This document shows positions 49,840 through 60,586 of a DNA stretch of 64,000 nt, one piece after another. The notes beneath the pieces were generated by a model. The model had not been told where the DNA came from. It saw only the letters and a program-made list of their open reading frames with translations, and searched no databases. The DNA comes from an uncultured Spirochaetota bacterium (lineage in GTDB: Bacteria > Spirochaetota > Spirochaetia > SZUA-6 > Fen-1364), in the NCBI GenBank assembly GCA_963781885.1, contig CAWAHW010000007.1:416001-480000 (forward strand), in the 5' to 3' direction. The stretch's first letter is position 1, and every line of letters begins with the position of its first letter. Position numbers and translations under genes: made by a program.

Positions 49840-52800
49840 ATGGACACCAGACGCTCCGAGAATTTGCCCGAATCCGACCCGCGCGCGCGCAGCCAGAGGG
49901 AAGGGCTGTACGATCCTTCCTTCGAGCACGCCAGCTGCGGGGTGGGTTTCGTCGTGAATGTCGACGGGAGGCGCACGCACCAGATCGTCGCCAATGGCAC
50001 CACGATATTGAAGAACCTCGCGCACCGCGGCGCCGTGGGGGGAGACTCCCGCACCGGCGACGGTGCGGGCATGCTCACGCAGGTCCCCCACCGCTTTTTC
50101 GCGCGCGAGGCCGGGCGCCGGGGCTTCGCGCTGCCGGCCGAGGGAAGCTACGGCGTGGCCATGCTTTTCCTTCCGCAAGACCCGGACAGGCGCGACAAGG
50201 CGCGCGCGCTCTTCGAGCGCGTCGTAACCGCGGAGGGCGGCACCGTCCTGGGGTGGCGGGAGGTCCCGGTGAATCCCGAGCTCCTGGGGGAGCTGGCCGT
50301 GCGCTCCATGCCCTCCATCCAGCAGGCCTTCACCTCGTGCGGCCAGATGTCCGGGGACGCCCTCGAGCGGCGGCTCTACATCATTCGCAAGGCGGTGGAA
50401 TCGGCGGCCCTCGCGGACGGATTCACGATGGAGGAGCTCTACGTCAACTCGTACTCCTCCCGCACCGTCGTGTACAAGGGCATGTTCGTCGCTCCCCAGT
50501 TCGAAAGCTTCTACCCCGACCTGCGGGACCCGGATTTTGAAAGCGCCCTCGCGGTGATCCACCAGCGCTACAGCACGAACACGTTCCCCTCCTGGCCGCT
50601 CGCGCAGCCCTTCCGCATCATCGCGCACAACGGGGAGATCAACACCCTGCGGGGCAACATCAACAAGATGAATGCCCGGGAGCAGACCATGTCCTCCCCG
50701 CTTTTCGGGGACGAGATCGAAAAGCTGCGGCCGGTGATCCAGCCCGGCCAGAGCGATTCGGGGATATTCGACAATGTCCTCGAGCTGCTCGTGGCGGGCG
50801 GCAGGTCGCTCGAGCATGCCCTCATGATGATGGTGCCGGAGGCGTTTGGCGCCCGCTATCACATGAGCGAGGACAAGCGCGCCTTCTACGAGTACCACGC
50901 GGCCATCATGGAGCCCTGGGACGGGCCCGCGGCCATCTCCTTCTCCGACGGCATCAAGGTGGGATCCATCCTGGACAGGAACGGCCTGCGGCCGGCGCGG
51001 TGGGTCGTCACGCGCAGCGGCCTCGTGGTCCTGGCCTCGGAGGTGGGGGTGCTTGACATCCCGCCGGAGGACGTCCTGCAGAAGGGGCGCCTGGCGCCCG
51101 GCAAGATGTTCCTTGTCGATACCGCGCAGAAGCGCATCGTCTACGACCACGAGGTGAAGGCCGCCGTGTCGCGCCGAAAGCCGTACCGGCGGTGGGTGGA
51201 ATCCAATCGCATCGAGCTGAAGGGCCTCTTCCAGGTCTCGGGCCCCGTGCGGACCGACCGGGAAAGCCTGCTCGCCCAGCAGTGGGTGTTCGGCTACACC
51301 ATGGAGGACATCGACATGATCATCATGCCGATGGTGGAGACCTCCCAGGAGCCCATCAGCTCGATGGGAAATGACCAGAGCCTCGCGGTCCTCTCCGAAA
51401 GGCCGCAGCTGCTCTATTCCTACTTCAAGCAGCTCTTCGCCCAGGTCACCAACCCGCCCATCGACCCTTACCGCGAAAACCTCGTGATGTCGCTCATGAG
51501 CTACGTCGGCCGGGAGCAGAACCTTCTCGACGAGACGCCCGAGCACGTGCGGCAGGTGAAACTCCCGCACCCCGTGCTCTCCAACGACGATGTGGCGAAG
51601 CTGCGCACGCTCGACGTGGGCGGCTACCGCTCCTGCGTCATCCCCATGACGTTCGCCGCCGCCGACGGCGTGGCGGGTCTCGCGAAGGCGGTCCAGCACC
51701 TCTGCGCCTCCGCGGAGGCGCGCGTCGACGCCGGGGACACCATGCTCATCCTCACCGACCGCGACGTCGGTGAGAAGCGCGCACCCATTCCCGCGTTGCT
51801 GGCCACCGCGGCCCTCCACCATCACCTCACCCGGGTGAAAAAGCGGCACCTCACGGCGCTCGTCATCGAGACGGCCGAGGCGCGCGAGGTGATGCACTTC
51901 GCCACGCTCATGGGCTTCGGCGCGAGCGCCATCAACCCCTACCTCGCCATCGAGACCATCGCCGACTTGAAGGCGCGGGGGCGCCTGCCCGGCTCCCTGA
52001 CGCAGGAGACGGCGATCGAGCATTACATCACGGCCGTGAAGAAGGGCCTCCTGAAGGTCATGTCCAAGATGGGCGTCTCCACCATCAGGAGCTACAAGAG
52101 CGCCCAGATCTTCGAAGCGGTGGGGCTTGCGGATGACTTCGTGAAGGATTATTTCCCCGGCACACCCTCGCGCATCGGCGGCATTAGCATCGAGGGGATC
52201 GCGCGCGAGGTCCTGGCGCGGCATGCCGCCGCGTACTGCCGCACGCCCGCGGAGCGCGAGCGGTTGGACTCCGGCGGCGCGCTGCACTACCGCAGCTTTT
52301 CGGAGCACCACCGTCTCACCCCGCAGGCCATCGCGCTCCTCCAGCGCGCCGTGCGGGAGAACGACTACGGCCTGTACAAGCAGTACGCGGCGGGGCTCAA
52401 CGACGAGGGCCGCGCGCTGTGCACGCTCCGCGGATTGTTTGCATTCGCCCCCCGGACGCCCGTTCCCCTGGACGAGGTGGAACCGGTGGAGACCATCGTG
52501 AAGCGCTTCGTCACCTCCGCCATGTCCTTTGGCTCGATCAGCAAAGAGGCGCACATGACCCTCGCCATCGCCATGAACAGGTTGGGCGCGGCGAGCAATT
52601 CCGGCGAAGGCGGGGAGGACGAGGCACGCTACGCGCCGCTTGCCAACGGCGACTCGGCGCGCAGCGCGATCAAGCAGGTGGCATCGGCCCGGTTCGGCGT
52701 CACCTCGAACTACCTGGTGAACTCACGCGAGCTGCAGATCAAGATGGCGCAGGGGGCGAAGCCCGGCGAAGGCGGGCAGCTTGCGGGTCTGAAGGTGGAC

Positions 52801-54423
52801 GGCGAAATCGCGAAGGTCCGGCATTCCACCCCGGGGGTCACCCTGATCTCCCCGCCGCCGCACCACGACATCTATTCCATCGAGGATCTCGCGCAGCTCA
52901 TCTTCGACCTGAAGAACGCCAACCCCGAGGCGCGCATCTCCGTGAAGCTCGTCGCCGAGGTCGGCGTGGGGACCATCGCCGCGGGTGTGGCCAAGGGCAA
53001 GGCGGACATGGTGCTGATCGCCGGCCACGACGGCGGCACCGGCAATTCGCCCATCTCCTCCATCAAGCACGCCGGCATCCCGTGGGAGATCGGGGTCGCC
53101 GACACGCAACAGACGCTCGTGTTGAACCGGTTGCGGGACAGGATCCGGGTGCAGGCCGACGGCCAGATGCGCACGGGACGCGACGTGGTGATCGCGGCGC
53201 TCCTGGGCGCGGAGGAGTACGGCTTCGGCACCGTGTCCCTGGTCACCATCGGCTGCATCATGATGCGCAAGTGTCACCTCAACACCTGCCCCGTGGGAGT
53301 GGCCACGCAGGACCCGCGCTTGCGCGCGCGCTTCACCGGCAAGCCCGAGCATGTCGTGAACTTCATGCGCTTCGTCGCGCAGGACGTGCGGGAGACGATG
53401 GCCGCGCTGGGCTTCAGGACCGTGGACGACATGATCGGCCACGTGGAGGTGCTGGAGACGCGCGCAGCCGTCGAGCATTGGAAGGCGCGCGGCCTGGACT
53501 TCTCCCGCATCTTCATGAAGCCCGAAGTCCCGGCGGGCACTTCCCTCCGCTGCACGACGAAGCCCGTGCATGATTTCTCCCTGTCGCTCGACAAGGACCT
53601 CATCCTGCGCTCCCGGCCCGCGCTGGAGCATGGTGAGAAGGTGCGACTGTATCTGGGCATCCGCAATTGCAACAGGACGGTCGGTGCGACCCTCTCGTCA
53701 GAGGTTTCCAAGCGCTACGGGGCAAAGGGGTTGCCCGACGACACGATCAATGTCTCATTCACCGGGTCCGCCGGCCAGAGCTTCGGCGCTTTTCTCGCCC
53801 CGGGCATCACCTTCGAGCTTGAAGGCGATGCGAACGACTATTTCGCCAAGGGTCTCTCCGGCGGGAAAATCGTCGTCTATCCGCCGCGCGCCGCGACATT
53901 CCGCGCCCGGGACAACATCATCACCGGCAATGTGAACCTCTTCGGCGCCACCGGCGGCGAGGTGTACATCAACGGTATGGCGGGCGAGCGCTTCGCCGTG
54001 CGCAACTCCGGCGCGACGGCGGTCGTGGAGGGGCTGGGCGATCACGGCTGCGAGTACATGACGGGCGGGCTCGTGGTCGTGCTGGGCCGCACGGGCGTGA
54101 ACTTCGCGGCCGGCATGAGCGGCGGCATCGCCTACGTGCTGGACGAGGACCAGCTCTTCGACAACAACTGCAACCTGGAGATGGTGGACATCGAGCCCAT
54201 CACCTCCCCGCGCGAGCGGGAGCGCCTGCGCGATCTCGTGGAGCGCCACGTCATGTACACGCGCTCCGAGCACGCCACCCGGATCCTGCGGGACTGGGAC
54301 GAGATGGCGCCGCGATTCGTGAAGGTCATGCCGATCGACTATCGCCGGGCCCTGGAAAGGATGGCGAAGGACCAGTCGCGGGAGACGGAGGTCGTGGGCC
54401 TCACGGAAGAGGTGTATCGCTGA
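49840..54423 (+). CDS. gltB: Glutamate synthase large subunit (start uncertain, 49798-49840)
   Basis: [62 protein letters not shown]. Confidence 0.98.
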   Translation: MDTRRSENLPESDPRARSQREGLYDPSFEHASCGVGFVVNVDGRRTHQIVANGTTILKNLAHRGAVGGDSRTGDGAGMLTQVPHRFFAREAGRRGFALPAEGSYGVAMLFLPQDPDRRDKARALFERVVTAEGGTVLGWREVPVNPELLGELAVRSMPSIQQAFTSCGQMSGDALERRLYIIRKAVESAALADGFTMEELYVNSYSSRTVVYKGMFVAPQFESFYPDLRDPDFESALAVIHQRYSTNTFPSWPLAQPFRIIAHNGEINTLRGNINKMNAREQTMSSPLFGDEIEKLRPVIQPGQSDSGIFDNVLELLVAGGRSLEHALMMMVPEAFGARYHMSEDKRAFYEYHAAIMEPWDGPAAISFSDGIKVGSILDRNGLRPARWVVTRSGLVVLASEVGVLDIPPEDVLQKGRLAPGKMFLVDTAQKRIVYDHEVKAAVSRRKPYRRWVESNRIELKGLFQVSGPVRTDRESLLAQQWVFGYTMEDIDMIIMPMVETSQEPISSMGNDQSLAVLSERPQLLYSYFKQLFAQVTNPPIDPYRENLVMSLMSYVGREQNLLDETPEHVRQVKLPHPVLSNDDVAKLRTLDVGGYRSCVIPMTFAAADGVAGLAKAVQHLCASAEARVDAGDTMLILTDRDVGEKRAPIPALLATAALHHHLTRVKKRHLTALVIETAEAREVMHFATLMGFGASAINPYLAIETIADLKARGRLPGSLTQETAIEHYITAVKKGLLKVMSKMGVSTIRSYKSAQIFEAVGLADDFVKDYFPGTPSRIGGISIEGIAREVLARHAAAYCRTPAERERLDSGGALHYRSFSEHHRLTPQAIALLQRAVRENDYGLYKQYAAGLNDEGRALCTLRGLFAFAPRTPVPLDEVEPVETIVKRFVTSAMSFGSISKEAHMTLAIAMNRLGAASNSGEGGEDEARYAPLANGDSARSAIKQVASARFGVTSNYLVNSRELQIKMAQGAKPGEGGQLAGLKVDGEIAKVRHSTPGVTLISPPPHHDIYSIEDLAQLIFDLKNANPEARISVKLVAEVGVGTIAAGVAKGKADMVLIAGHDGGTGNSPISSIKHAGIPWEIGVADTQQTLVLNRLRDRIRVQADGQMRTGRDVVIAALLGAEEYGFGTVSLVTIGCIMMRKCHLNTCPVGVATQDPRLRARFTGKPEHVVNFMRFVAQDVRETMAALGFRTVDDMIGHVEVLETRAAVEHWKARGLDFSRIFMKPEVPAGTSLRCTTKPVHDFSLSLDKDLILRSRPALEHGEKVRLYLGIRNCNRTVGATLSSEVSKRYGAKGLPDDTINVSFTGSAGQSFGAFLAPGITFELEGDANDYFAKGLSGGKIVVYPPRAATFRARDNIITGNVNLFGATGGEVYINGMAGERFAVRNSGATAVVEGLGDHGCEYMTGGLVVVLGRTGVNFAAGMSGGIAYVLDEDQLFDNNCNLEMVDIEPITSPRERERLRDLVERHVMYTRSEHATRILRDWDEMAPRFVKVMPIDYRRALERMAKDQSRETEVVGLTEEVYR

Positions 54424-55847
54424 TGGGCCATCCCTCGGGTTTCCTCGACCATCCCCGCGTCTCCTACAGCCTGCTTCCGGTGGACGAGCGCGTGAAGAGC
54501 TGGCGGGAGTTCACCGTGCCCGTGCCGGACGCAGAGCTTGCGCGCCAGGGATCCCGCTGCATGGACTGCGGCATTCCCTTCTGCCACTCCACCGGTTGTC
54601 CCGTCTACAACCTGATCCCCGAATGGAATGACCTCGTCTACAAGGACGACTGGAAAGAGGCGCTCGTGCGCCTGGAGATGACGAATAATCTCCCCGAGGT
54701 GACCGGCCGCATCTGCCCCGCCCCCTGCGAAGCATCGTGCACACTTTCGATCAACACGAGCCCCGTCACCATCAAGCAGATCGAGCTTGCCATCGTGGAG
54801 CGCGGTTGGAGCGAGGGATGGATCGAGCCTCGGCCGCCCGCGCATCTCAGCGGCAAGCGTGTCGCCGTGGTGGGAAGCGGCCCTGCCGGTCTTGCCGCCG
54901 CGCAGCAGCTTCGCCGCGCCGGCCACGACGTGACGCTTTTTGAGCGCTCGCTGAAGCTCGGCGGCCTCCTGCGCTACGGCATCCCCGACTTCAAGCTGGA
55001 GAAGAAGGTCCTCGATCGGCGCATCGCGCAGATGGAGGCGGAGGGCGTGCGTTTCGAGACGGGGGTCACCATCGGCGAAGACATCTCCGCGCGGTACCTG
55101 CGCGGCAGTTTCGACGTGATCCTCCTCACCATGGGCGCGGGCGAGCCCCGCGACCTGCCGGTGCCCGGGCGGGAGCTTTCCGGCGTGCATTTCGCCATGG
55201 ACTTCCTGGGACGGTCCAACCAGCTTCTGGCCGGCGAGATCAGGGAGTCGGAGCTCATCAGCGCGCGCGACAAGGTGGTCGTCGTGATCGGCGGCGGCGA
55301 CACCGGTTCAGACTGCGTCGGCACCGCCAACAGGATGGGCGCGCGCGAGGTGTACCAGTACGAGATCATGCCCAAACCGCCCCAGTGGAACGAGGCCTGG
55401 AACCCGAGCTGGCCCGCGTGGCCGAACATCCTGCGAACGTCCAGCTCCCACGAGGAAGGCTGCGGCCGGGACTGGTCCATCACGACCGAATGCTTCGAGG
55501 GCAAGGACGGGCGGGTGGTTGCGGGTCATTTCGCTCGCGTGGAATGGAAGAAGCAGCCCGGCGGGGCCATGAAGATGGAGACGGTCCCCGGCACCGCCTT
55601 CACGCGCAAGGCGGACCTCGTGCTCCTGGCAATGGGTTTCGTGCACGTGAAGCATGGCAAGATCATCGACGAGCTGGGCGTGGAATACGATCCCCGCGGC
55701 AACATCCGCTGCAACCCCGACTACTCGACGTCTGTCCCCGGGGTCTTTGCCGCCGGCGACGCAAACACGGGAGCATCCCTCGTGGTCCGCTCCATATTCC
55801 ACGGCCGCGAAGCCGCGGCTTCCATCGACAGGTATCTGAAGGCGTAG
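54423..55847 (+). CDS. gltD: Glutamate synthase small subunit
   Basis: RCMDCGIPFC, GRICPAPCE, GSGPAG, GGGDTGSDC, GVFAAGD. Confidence 0.97.
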   Translation: MGHPSGFLDHPRVSYSLLPVDERVKSWREFTVPVPDAELARQGSRCMDCGIPFCHSTGCPVYNLIPEWNDLVYKDDWKEALVRLEMTNNLPEVTGRICPAPCEASCTLSINTSPVTIKQIELAIVERGWSEGWIEPRPPAHLSGKRVAVVGSGPAGLAAAQQLRRAGHDVTLFERSLKLGGLLRYGIPDFKLEKKVLDRRIAQMEAEGVRFETGVTIGEDISARYLRGSFDVILLTMGAGEPRDLPVPGRELSGVHFAMDFLGRSNQLLAGEIRESELISARDKVVVVIGGGDTGSDCVGTANRMGAREVYQYEIMPKPPQWNEAWNPSWPAWPNILRTSSSHEEGCGRDWSITTECFEGKDGRVVAGHFARVEWKKQPGGAMKMETVPGTAFTRKADLVLLAMGFVHVKHGKIIDELGVEYDPRGNIRCNPDYSTSVPGVFAAGDANTGASLVVRSIFHGREAAASIDRYLKA

Positions 55848-55953
55848 GGCCGGCCGCCAGGGTCGCATCGGCTGGCGCGCGGCATGGGAAGCCGCGCCAC
55901 TGAAGGCGCACGCGCACCCCGGCGGGCCGCGCGGGAAGCGCGCCGCGTGCGGC

Positions 55954-57831
55954 TCAGTCCGCGGCCATCACCACCCGGAATCCCTGGTCTTCGTCTTCCG
56001 TGGTCACGGGCTTGAACTGCGAGTAGCCCGCCATGAAGAACTTCGGCTTGGACAGGCGCCAGGACCCGCCGGCAGAAGCGGCAAGGTCGGTCGTCCCGTC
56101 GGCCGCCTTCCTCTGGTCGGAACACCATTCGCTCACGTTGCCCGCCATATTCTTCACCCCGTCGAGGGTGATGTCATTGAAGAACGTGAGCTCCTGCACG
56201 GGGCCGTTCTGGCCCTCGATGGGAAGCATGTCGTCCGCGGTGGAATCGGCGCACTGGCAGTACGTCGAGTCCCAGTCATTGCCCCACGGATAGTCTGTCT
56301 GGTAGTGCGCGCCGGCTGCCCAGCGCCATTGTGCCAGGGTGGGGAGGGTGACATTCACCTTGAACTTCTTGGAGAACCATTCCGTGTACGCTACGCAGTC
56401 GTCCCAGGTGACGTGGATGACGGGGTAATAACCGTAGGCGGTCCTGTAATAGCGTTCCCAGCTCCCCTGGGATTTGTAGCCGGACTGCCTCACGAAGTTT
56501 GCGAACTGATCGAAGCGCACCTCCGTCATGCCCGCCCAGAAGCTCGGGGTCTGGCCGCTTCCCTTGACGAACACAAAAGGCACATCGCCGATCTGCTGGT
56601 TGTCCTGCTCGGGCCTGTTGATCACCATATTCGCCACGCGTGTGCGTGCGCCGTTCTGCACGGCGAACTCCTTTTCGAAGACCCCGTATTTATGGGTGAT
56701 CACGATGCGATGGGTCCCCGCCGGCAGGTCATTCAGCACGAGGGTCTGCCCCGTGGCGATGCTGCCGCTTGCAACGCCATCCAGCTCAACGGTTCCTTCC
56801 ACGTTGGAATAGACCTGCGCCGATCCGCTGCCGGGAGCGCTCGGCGTCCCCGCCGGGGGCGCCTCGATGCGCGTCGTGGTGTCGATGCTCGCGCTGTACG
56901 TGGAGAGGGCGAGGTCCCCGAATGCCTCCCCGTTGTAGCTCACCGAGGGCGACTGGTCGAGCTGCTGCTCATGCGCGTAGCTGGTGACCTGCTGCTCAAC
57001 GAAATCCGACAGCTCCTTGAACGTCACGATGCCGTCGCTGTTGCCCATCTGGTAGTCGGCCTTCCCCTTCATTCCTTCCAGGAGGAACTTCGTAAAGATG
57101 CCGTGGGTGGAGTTGGGATCGTCGAAGCTCGACCAACCCGTCTTGGTGGCATAGAAGACCGCCGACACGCTCGACTGCTCGAACTTCTGCGCCCGCAGGG
57201 CCGCGTCGTTGATGCCGCGGCTTGCGCCCCGGGGAAGCGATTCGCGGCATGCATCCAGGAGGAGGAGCGATTTGCGCACCTTCAGCTTCGTGATCCAGTC
57301 CAGCACCTCCTTGATCGGGAGGCTCGTGTTCCACTTGTCGTCCTTGAGCGTGTCGGCGACGATGAGGTAGCCGTCGCCCGTCTCCTCCGTCGCGATGCCG
57401 TGACCGGCGAAGGAGAATATCACGAGGTCATTGGGGCCTATCGTTTTCGCCATGGCGGCAAGCTTCGCGCGGATGTTCGCGAGGCTCGGGTAAGAGTGGC
57501 CCTTGTCGAAGGCGGGGTCCACGTCGTCCGTCATCTTTTCCACGACGTCGAACTGACCGTACTTCTTCAGCGTATCGGCAAGCTCCGTGGCATCGGCGCG
57601 CGCCCCCTTGAGGGCAGGGATCGTCGTGTCCTGGAAATTGTTGACGCCGATGCACAGGGCATAGCGCTTGCCGGCATTGCCCGGCGTGCCCTCGATGCTT
57701 CCGCCGGCCTTCACCAGCATCAGGCCCCTGCTGCCTGCCTGGGCGCCGAGAATGACGAGCACCGCGAGAGGAAGCAGGGCGATTGCGAGCCCCCGTCGTC
57801 TCCCTTTTTTCCGTTCACGCGGTGCATCCAT
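55954..57831 (-). CDS. Secreted or membrane-anchored caspase-like (peptidase C14) protein with PEGA-like and C-terminal FGE-sulfatase (CLec) domains
   Basis: N-terminal hydrophobic segment. RYALCIGVN, FAGHG, LDACR, HGIFT, DGIVTFKEL. PEGA-like VELDG...LPAGTHRI. FGE motifs TEV, YPVIHVTWDD, LPT.AQW, MAGNVSEW, GGSW, GFRVV. Confidence 0.88.
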   Translation of the reverse strand: MDAPRERKKGRRRGLAIALLPLAVLVILGAQAGSRGLMLVKAGGSIEGTPGNAGKRYALCIGVNNFQDTTIPALKGARADATELADTLKKYGQFDVVEKMTDDVDPAFDKGHSYPSLANIRAKLAAMAKTIGPNDLVIFSFAGHGIATEETGDGYLIVADTLKDDKWNTSLPIKEVLDWITKLKVRKSLLLLDACRESLPRGASRGINDAALRAQKFEQSSVSAVFYATKTGWSSFDDPNSTHGIFTKFLLEGMKGKADYQMGNSDGIVTFKELSDFVEQQVTSYAHEQQLDQSPSVSYNGEAFGDLALSTYSASIDTTTRIEAPPAGTPSAPGSGSAQVYSNVEGTVELDGVASGSIATGQTLVLNDLPAGTHRIVITHKYGVFEKEFAVQNGARTRVANMVINRPEQDNQQIGDVPFVFVKGSGQTPSFWAGMTEVRFDQFANFVRQSGYKSQGSWERYYRTAYGYYPVIHVTWDDCVAYTEWFSKKFKVNVTLPTLAQWRWAAGAHYQTDYPWGNDWDSTYCQCADSTADDMLPIEGQNGPVQELTFFNDITLDGVKNMAGNVSEWCSDQRKAADGTTDLAASAGGSWRLSKPKFFMAGYSQFKPVTTEDEDQGFRVVMAAD

Positions 57832-57832
57832 G

Positions 57833-60568
57833 TCAGAATCCGATCGCGTACCCGACGCTGACCGTCAGGCTCCAGCTCCCCATATAGGAGCTCTCGTTGA
57901 AGTAGTCCAGACCCAGCGACAACCCGTCTTTTTTCTTCGCGTTGAGGAAGACCATGCTCCCGCCCAATGTGACGCCGCTTCCGTATCCGACGTCGACGGT
58001 GTAGAGGAGGCTGCCGCGGGACGGGTTCCCGAACATCAGGTCGAGCGTCACGGCCCCGCCACCGGAGCTACTGGAGCTTCCGTCGAGGTAGTCAATAAAG
58101 GCGCCCGCCCCTACTCCGAACCCGGGAAGGAAATGCCAGTAAAGCTGCGCGGCGCCGGCGAGCGCAAAGACGGTGCTGCTGGAGTAGCTGTGGGAGGAGT
58201 AGCTGTACGTTTCCGTGCTGCCCGCGCCAAGGCCTGCCGCGAGATTCAGGAAGAACGCCGCGCCGCCCGTGGACGCCACTGCCGCAGTCTTGGGCCGTTG
58301 CCCGGAGGCTCCTTGGCCGGCAAGATTCGGGAAAGCCGCCTGGCCCGTCAGGTTCGTAAACGCCGCCAATTGGGCTGCGCGCGCCGCGTCCTGCCGCTGC
58401 TCGTATTCCTCCGCGCTCTGGTCTGCCAGGGCCCTGAGGTTTGCAAGGTCCACGAAGGCGATCACGTCTTTTTCCGGCACGATCTGGCTCTTGCTGAAAT
58501 CGTAGGTGAAGCCGTGCCAGGATGAATATCGATTGTCCTTGGAGTATCCCCGTGTCCAGACGGTGTAGGTGACCTGGGGATGCGCCTCCCAGTCATCCTG
58601 CGAGTATTCGCTCGCGATCGTGATCTTTTCCTTGTCGGCCCAGTGGAACTCATCCGTCGTGAGCGACCCGTCGTCGACGTCGATGTCCCCCGCGTATCCG
58701 AAGCCCGGCTTCAGGATGAGAGTCACCTTGGTCGTTTTCGGCGATAGGATCTGTTGTTTCTCCTGCAGCCCGAAGTCGGCGATCTGGATCTTCACATCCT
58801 TGGGATCGCGGACGACCACCGGCAGGGGCTTGCTTTTCACGGTGAGCTTCGTCGAGGTGTACCAGATGCCCGTGATTCCGCTCAAGCCTTCGGGAGGATT
58901 GCGCGTGGCGGTGATGTCGTAGGCGGAAAGGGGGACGCCGCTGATGAGAATGTCCTGCGTCTCGTAACGGTACTCCGCGTGCACCGATCCGGAGTTTTCC
59001 GTCCCGTTGTCTCCCGGTGTCTTTCCCATTTCCCAGGTCGCCGTGCCATTGTCGAACGTGACGGTAAAGGAAGGCTCGGGCATGGGAGGATCGAATATTT
59101 CCCACCAATACTGCTCATTCTGCTTTCTCGGTATCGCCGCGAAGGTGTACGAGGTCGTCGGACCGATGCCGCCGATGGTGATGCTTCCGTTGGGCGTTTC
59201 GATATGATCCCGCAGGACGACGATGTTCTTTACGTCGCCCGCATTGATGGTGAACGGAATCTCCTTGATCTGCTGCGTGCTCCTGTTGTAGACGGAGATG
59301 ACGTACTGGCCCGGGAGCGTCCAATAGAAGACGTCGGGATTCACCTTGCGCTTGTCGGAATTGTCCGAGTCCCCGACGGTGTTGTCGTCTTTTTCCACCT
59401 GGCGCGGCTGCCAGAAGAGGTAGTAGTGTCCGTTCGCATAGGACAGGTCTGGCTGCCCATTGCTGCCGGCATCGCCGGTTCCCGCGCCGCCCGCGCCCGC
59501 GACATCGGGGCTTTCAGTGATGGTCAGCTGCGCGCAGTGGGCGTTCAATATGTCGATCATGATGTGCTGGCATATCTGGGCACAGGCGACCGGAAGGTCG
59601 TGAAGGTCCTTGTCGACAATGGCCGAGTACGAGTAGACCTCTTCGGCCCGTTTCGTGTTGAGCACGCGCACGTTGAAGCCTATCGCGTCCCGGGGGCTGC
59701 CCGGACTTGCTTCCTTGTGCTGGAGCAAGCTGTCGGCAGGAGATGCGTTCTGCGGCGAGTCGGAGCCGGTTTCATAGACATTGCCCAGCACGAGAAAATC
59801 GAGGTCCGCGAAATTAAACGCCCCGACCGCTTTCGTATAGAGGTCCTTCACCGTGAATGTGCCGTTTTGCAGCGCATTTTCGACGTATTTCTTGTCAAAT
59901 ATCTTGAAGATGGACGGGAAATAGAGGCGCGCGATCTGCCCCCCCGCGATGCGCGCGAGCTCCTGAGCCCCCTGCAGGGTTACGGCCACCTCGTTCGCCG
60001 CTTTCACCGCATCCTGCATGGCCAGCTTCTGCTTTTCAAGCCATGACTGCTGGAGCGCCTGGGCTGACTGCTGGGCCGATTTCGCCTTCGCCTGCCGATC
60101 CCGCGCATCGTCCTTTGCACTGGACGTGGTGGCTTTTGCCAGGTCGTCCGATGCGGCCTTGAAGTCATCAGTCGCCTTTGCGTAGTCGTCCGACGCCTCG
60201 GCGTACCCGAGGCCGGCATTCTTGTAGTCCGCGGCTGCCTTTGTGTAATCCCCGGCGGCAACGGCTTTCGGGTCTTTCGGGAAGGTGAAGGTCATGCCGG
60301 GCTCGTACACCGGCGCTCCGGGGACGATGTGGCTGTCCTTCATCGTGTAGACTACGTTCGCGGCATTCTGCTGGACCAGCACCGACAGGAGGGCCTGGCT
60401 GATGAGCTGTCCATAGAACTGCTTGCTCGGCGCCCTGTCCGCTGCGCTCATGGAGACCTCGAAGTCCGCCACGGCGAGCGTCGGCGGATCCAGGTAGGTG
60501 TAGTCGCGGGCGAACGCCGCTCCCGTGAACAGGAAACACGCTGCGGCAATAAGAAGTGCACGCTTCAT
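57833..60568 (-). CDS. Large secreted or outer-membrane protein: CsgG/TolB-N-like domain, coiled coil, beta-rich domains, probable C-terminal beta-barrel
   Basis: Signal peptide ending AFA, TLAVADF, DFLVLGNV, NVRVLNT. Alternating beta-strands ending VGYAIGF. GGAGG RBS. Confidence 0.65.
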   Translation of the reverse strand: MKRALLIAAACFLFTGAAFARDYTYLDPPTLAVADFEVSMSAADRAPSKQFYGQLISQALLSVLVQQNAANVVYTMKDSHIVPGAPVYEPGMTFTFPKDPKAVAAGDYTKAAADYKNAGLGYAEASDDYAKATDDFKAASDDLAKATTSSAKDDARDRQAKAKSAQQSAQALQQSWLEKQKLAMQDAVKAANEVAVTLQGAQELARIAGGQIARLYFPSIFKIFDKKYVENALQNGTFTVKDLYTKAVGAFNFADLDFLVLGNVYETGSDSPQNASPADSLLQHKEASPGSPRDAIGFNVRVLNTKRAEEVYSYSAIVDKDLHDLPVACAQICQHIMIDILNAHCAQLTITESPDVAGAGGAGTGDAGSNGQPDLSYANGHYYLFWQPRQVEKDDNTVGDSDNSDKRKVNPDVFYWTLPGQYVISVYNRSTQQIKEIPFTINAGDVKNIVVLRDHIETPNGSITIGGIGPTTSYTFAAIPRKQNEQYWWEIFDPPMPEPSFTVTFDNGTATWEMGKTPGDNGTENSGSVHAEYRYETQDILISGVPLSAYDITATRNPPEGLSGITGIWYTSTKLTVKSKPLPVVVRDPKDVKIQIADFGLQEKQQILSPKTTKVTLILKPGFGYAGDIDVDDGSLTTDEFHWADKEKITIASEYSQDDWEAHPQVTYTVWTRGYSKDNRYSSWHGFTYDFSKSQIVPEKDVIAFVDLANLRALADQSAEEYEQRQDAARAAQLAAFTNLTGQAAFPNLAGQGASGQRPKTAAVASTGGAAFFLNLAAGLGAGSTETYSYSSHSYSSSTVFALAGAAQLYWHFLPGFGVGAGAFIDYLDGSSSSSGGGAVTLDLMFGNPSRGSLLYTVDVGYGSGVTLGGSMVFLNAKKKDGLSLGLDYFNESSYMGSWSLTVSVGYAIGF

Positions 60569-60586
60569 GGCTGGTACCTCCTGCAC

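Noticed and set aside
49654-52554. Long antisense ORFs (966 aa opposite gltB; also 10178-12250, 19013-21121, 23753-25648, 34823-36583, 46755-48812)
   Set aside because: Shadow ORFs expected from high-GC codon bias opposite well-conserved genes. No recognisable motifs.
55848-55953. REP-like or CRISPR-like repeats between gltD and the caspase gene
   Set aside because: Only two loosely similar GC hairpins with GGGAA loops and no spacer periodicity. More likely terminator structures.
55848-56130. Diversity-generating retroelement targeting the C-terminal FGE/CLec domain
   Set aside because: No reverse transcriptase and no adenine-variant template repeat of this 3' end in the window. A remote DGR cannot be excluded.
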